A DNA stretch of 64,000 nucleotides from Trichosphaerium sp. ATCC 40318 (Eukaryota; Protista; Tubulinea), in contig JALMLS010000276.1 of NCBI GenBank assembly GCA_038496445.1, positions 1 through 64,000 of the forward strand. Reading direction: 5' to 3'. Below are positions 62,415 to 64,000 of the stretch, one piece after another. The position numbers and the translations under genes were made by a program. Each line of letters begins with the position of its first letter. The first letter of the stretch is position 1. Under the pieces are notes generated by a model that saw only the letters and a program-made list of their open reading frames with translations, made no database searches and was not told the origin of the DNA.

Positions 62415-64000
62415 TTACATCATCATAACTAGAGCAACAAGAGCGAGCACACAAGATAGCACCAATGATAGGGTGCTGCTTGACGAACTAGGAGCATCAG
62501 TAGCTACTGGAGCGATAGTAGCTACTGGAGCGATTGGGGCTACAGGGGCTACAGGTGTTGCAACAGGGGATGTTCCAGGAGCTGAAGTTGTGCCCTCTTG
62601 TTCACTTCCAGTTGAAGTACCAGAAGCAGAAACAAGTGCAATTCCTGTTGTAGTTTGTAGTGAAGCTTGAGAAGTAGATGTACTCAAATCAGTAACCATA
62701 GCAGAAGCGGTATTCGCTAAAAGAAGAAAAAAGTAAGTACTTAAAAACAACAAGCGAAGTTAAAAACATCAAAAAGAATCATACAAGCACTTGATCCTGA
62801 GATAGTAAGAGAAACAGATGTACTAGATTGACGCTTGCTAGTAGGTACAGAAACAAGTGTGAAGCTATCAGTTGCAATGTTAAATCTCTCTGAAATCCAT
62901 TTTGATAGCTTGAAGAGAGCTTCGTCGTTCAAATCTCCATCAACAACAATAACAATTACAATATCGGTTGTTGGACAAGCAGGGCTTGATGTAGAATACT
63001 CTACTGTACGACCACATACTCTCCACTTACCTTCAGATTTAAATGCAGGTGTAGAGGAACAACGTGGGTAGAACCCAAAGTCTCCAGGATAGAATTCTAG
63101 AGGAGGTACTCCTGACTAATCAAAAAATTAGATTTGTTTTTTTCAAAAGGGTTTTTTTATTGACGTACCACTTCACCGTCAGCCATAATGATGTTGCTCT
63201 CTGGGTCAGCAGATATCTCTAGGATACCTCCAGTATTTCTATAAGTCAAACAAGCTCTTGTTAAGTTTGTATCAGGGTATACACAGTTGAGAATTGGAAT
63301 AACAGTGCACTCATCAACTAAGAAATAAAGCTGTTAAAAAAAAGCAAAAAAAAAAATAACAAAGAAAAACATACCTGCTGGTTTGACAGCACATTCGCGA
63401 GGAGTACAATACCCTCCCTTCTCTAAGATATCATTTTCACACCACTTCCATGTTTGGCTATCATTGACAGGTTTACAAGCGTCACAGCCATCTTCATCCA
63501 ATTTTGGAGAACAAGCAAGTTCAGCTCCTCCTTCACATGGTTTTGAAGAGCAATATAATCCATTTGCAGAAACACAAGGTTCACATCCGAAAGCAGCAAA
63601 GAATTCACATGTCTCAAAGTTATCAACAAGTTCGCATTCTAAGCAATTGAAAACGTTAGTTGTGATGATGACCAATTAATAATGGGAGTCAGGTACGTGC
63701 CTACAACACATCTCTCGTCATTGTTAGGGAAACAACCTTCTTCTCCATCAATATCTTTGCAAGATCTGCAACGTTTATCGCTTTCACAAGTTGCATCATC
63801 TCTGTCTTCACATTTCTGAACATCAGAACCACAACCTTGCAGTGCAACGTTTGCGCTGGCTATACACTTGCCATCACAAGCAGTACAACCAGGAAAATCT
63901 TCACACTCCCCAGAGGATTTATCACTGCAAGCTAAAACAAAGAAAGTTAATAATAAGCTACTTTTTATAGAGACTAGAGAGTTTTGACGTACAGCAGTCA
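62415..64000 (-). CDS. Cys-rich surface protein with a Ser/Thr/Pro stalk and probable GPI signal; 5' end lies outside the window
   Basis: Cys-rich exons, an APVAT-repeat stalk, then SSSSST and a hydrophobic terminus LSLVLSCVLALVALVMMM*. Confidence 0.75.

Noticed and set aside
1-64000. Non-standard genetic code, and most short ORFs in the track
   Set aside because: Conserved genes end at TAA, TAG or TGA and in-frame stops coincide with introns. The short ORFs are antisense shadows or intron read-through.

Overview
This is AT-rich, gene-dense eukaryotic nuclear DNA with many short spliceosomal introns (dominant donor GTAC..). It is probably from an amoebozoan-like protist, inferred from a mitochondrial MinC, a Zn2Cys6 factor and an amoeba-type repeat protein. 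The ORF track mostly shows exon fragments and antisense noise, so gene models were reassembled by eye and boundaries are approximate. Recognisable genes include RPAP1, mitochondrion-targeted MinC, DCN1-like, VPS16 (with an intronic tRNA-Asp), a DENN-like protein, a Zn2Cys6 factor, ArfGAP, RhoGEF, an SDR, BRCC36-like, G-alpha, two PhyH-like dioxygenases, an EF-hand protein, a beta/gamma-crystallin protein and several secreted Cys-rich proteins. There are six notable observations. (1) One PhyH gene has its catalytic HQD exon on a 233-bp inverted segment; flipping it restores both frame and intron. (2) About nine intact or decayed F-box/LRR copies are dispersed between housekeeping genes, with mosaic near-identical blocks and a shared phase-2 intron joining different first exons. 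(3) The palindrome CACGTG is roughly tenfold over-represented, mostly in introns. (4) GC-AG introns are frequent. (5) CpG-rich and CpG-poor tracts alternate. (6) A hAT-type MITE with an 8-bp target-site duplication is present.
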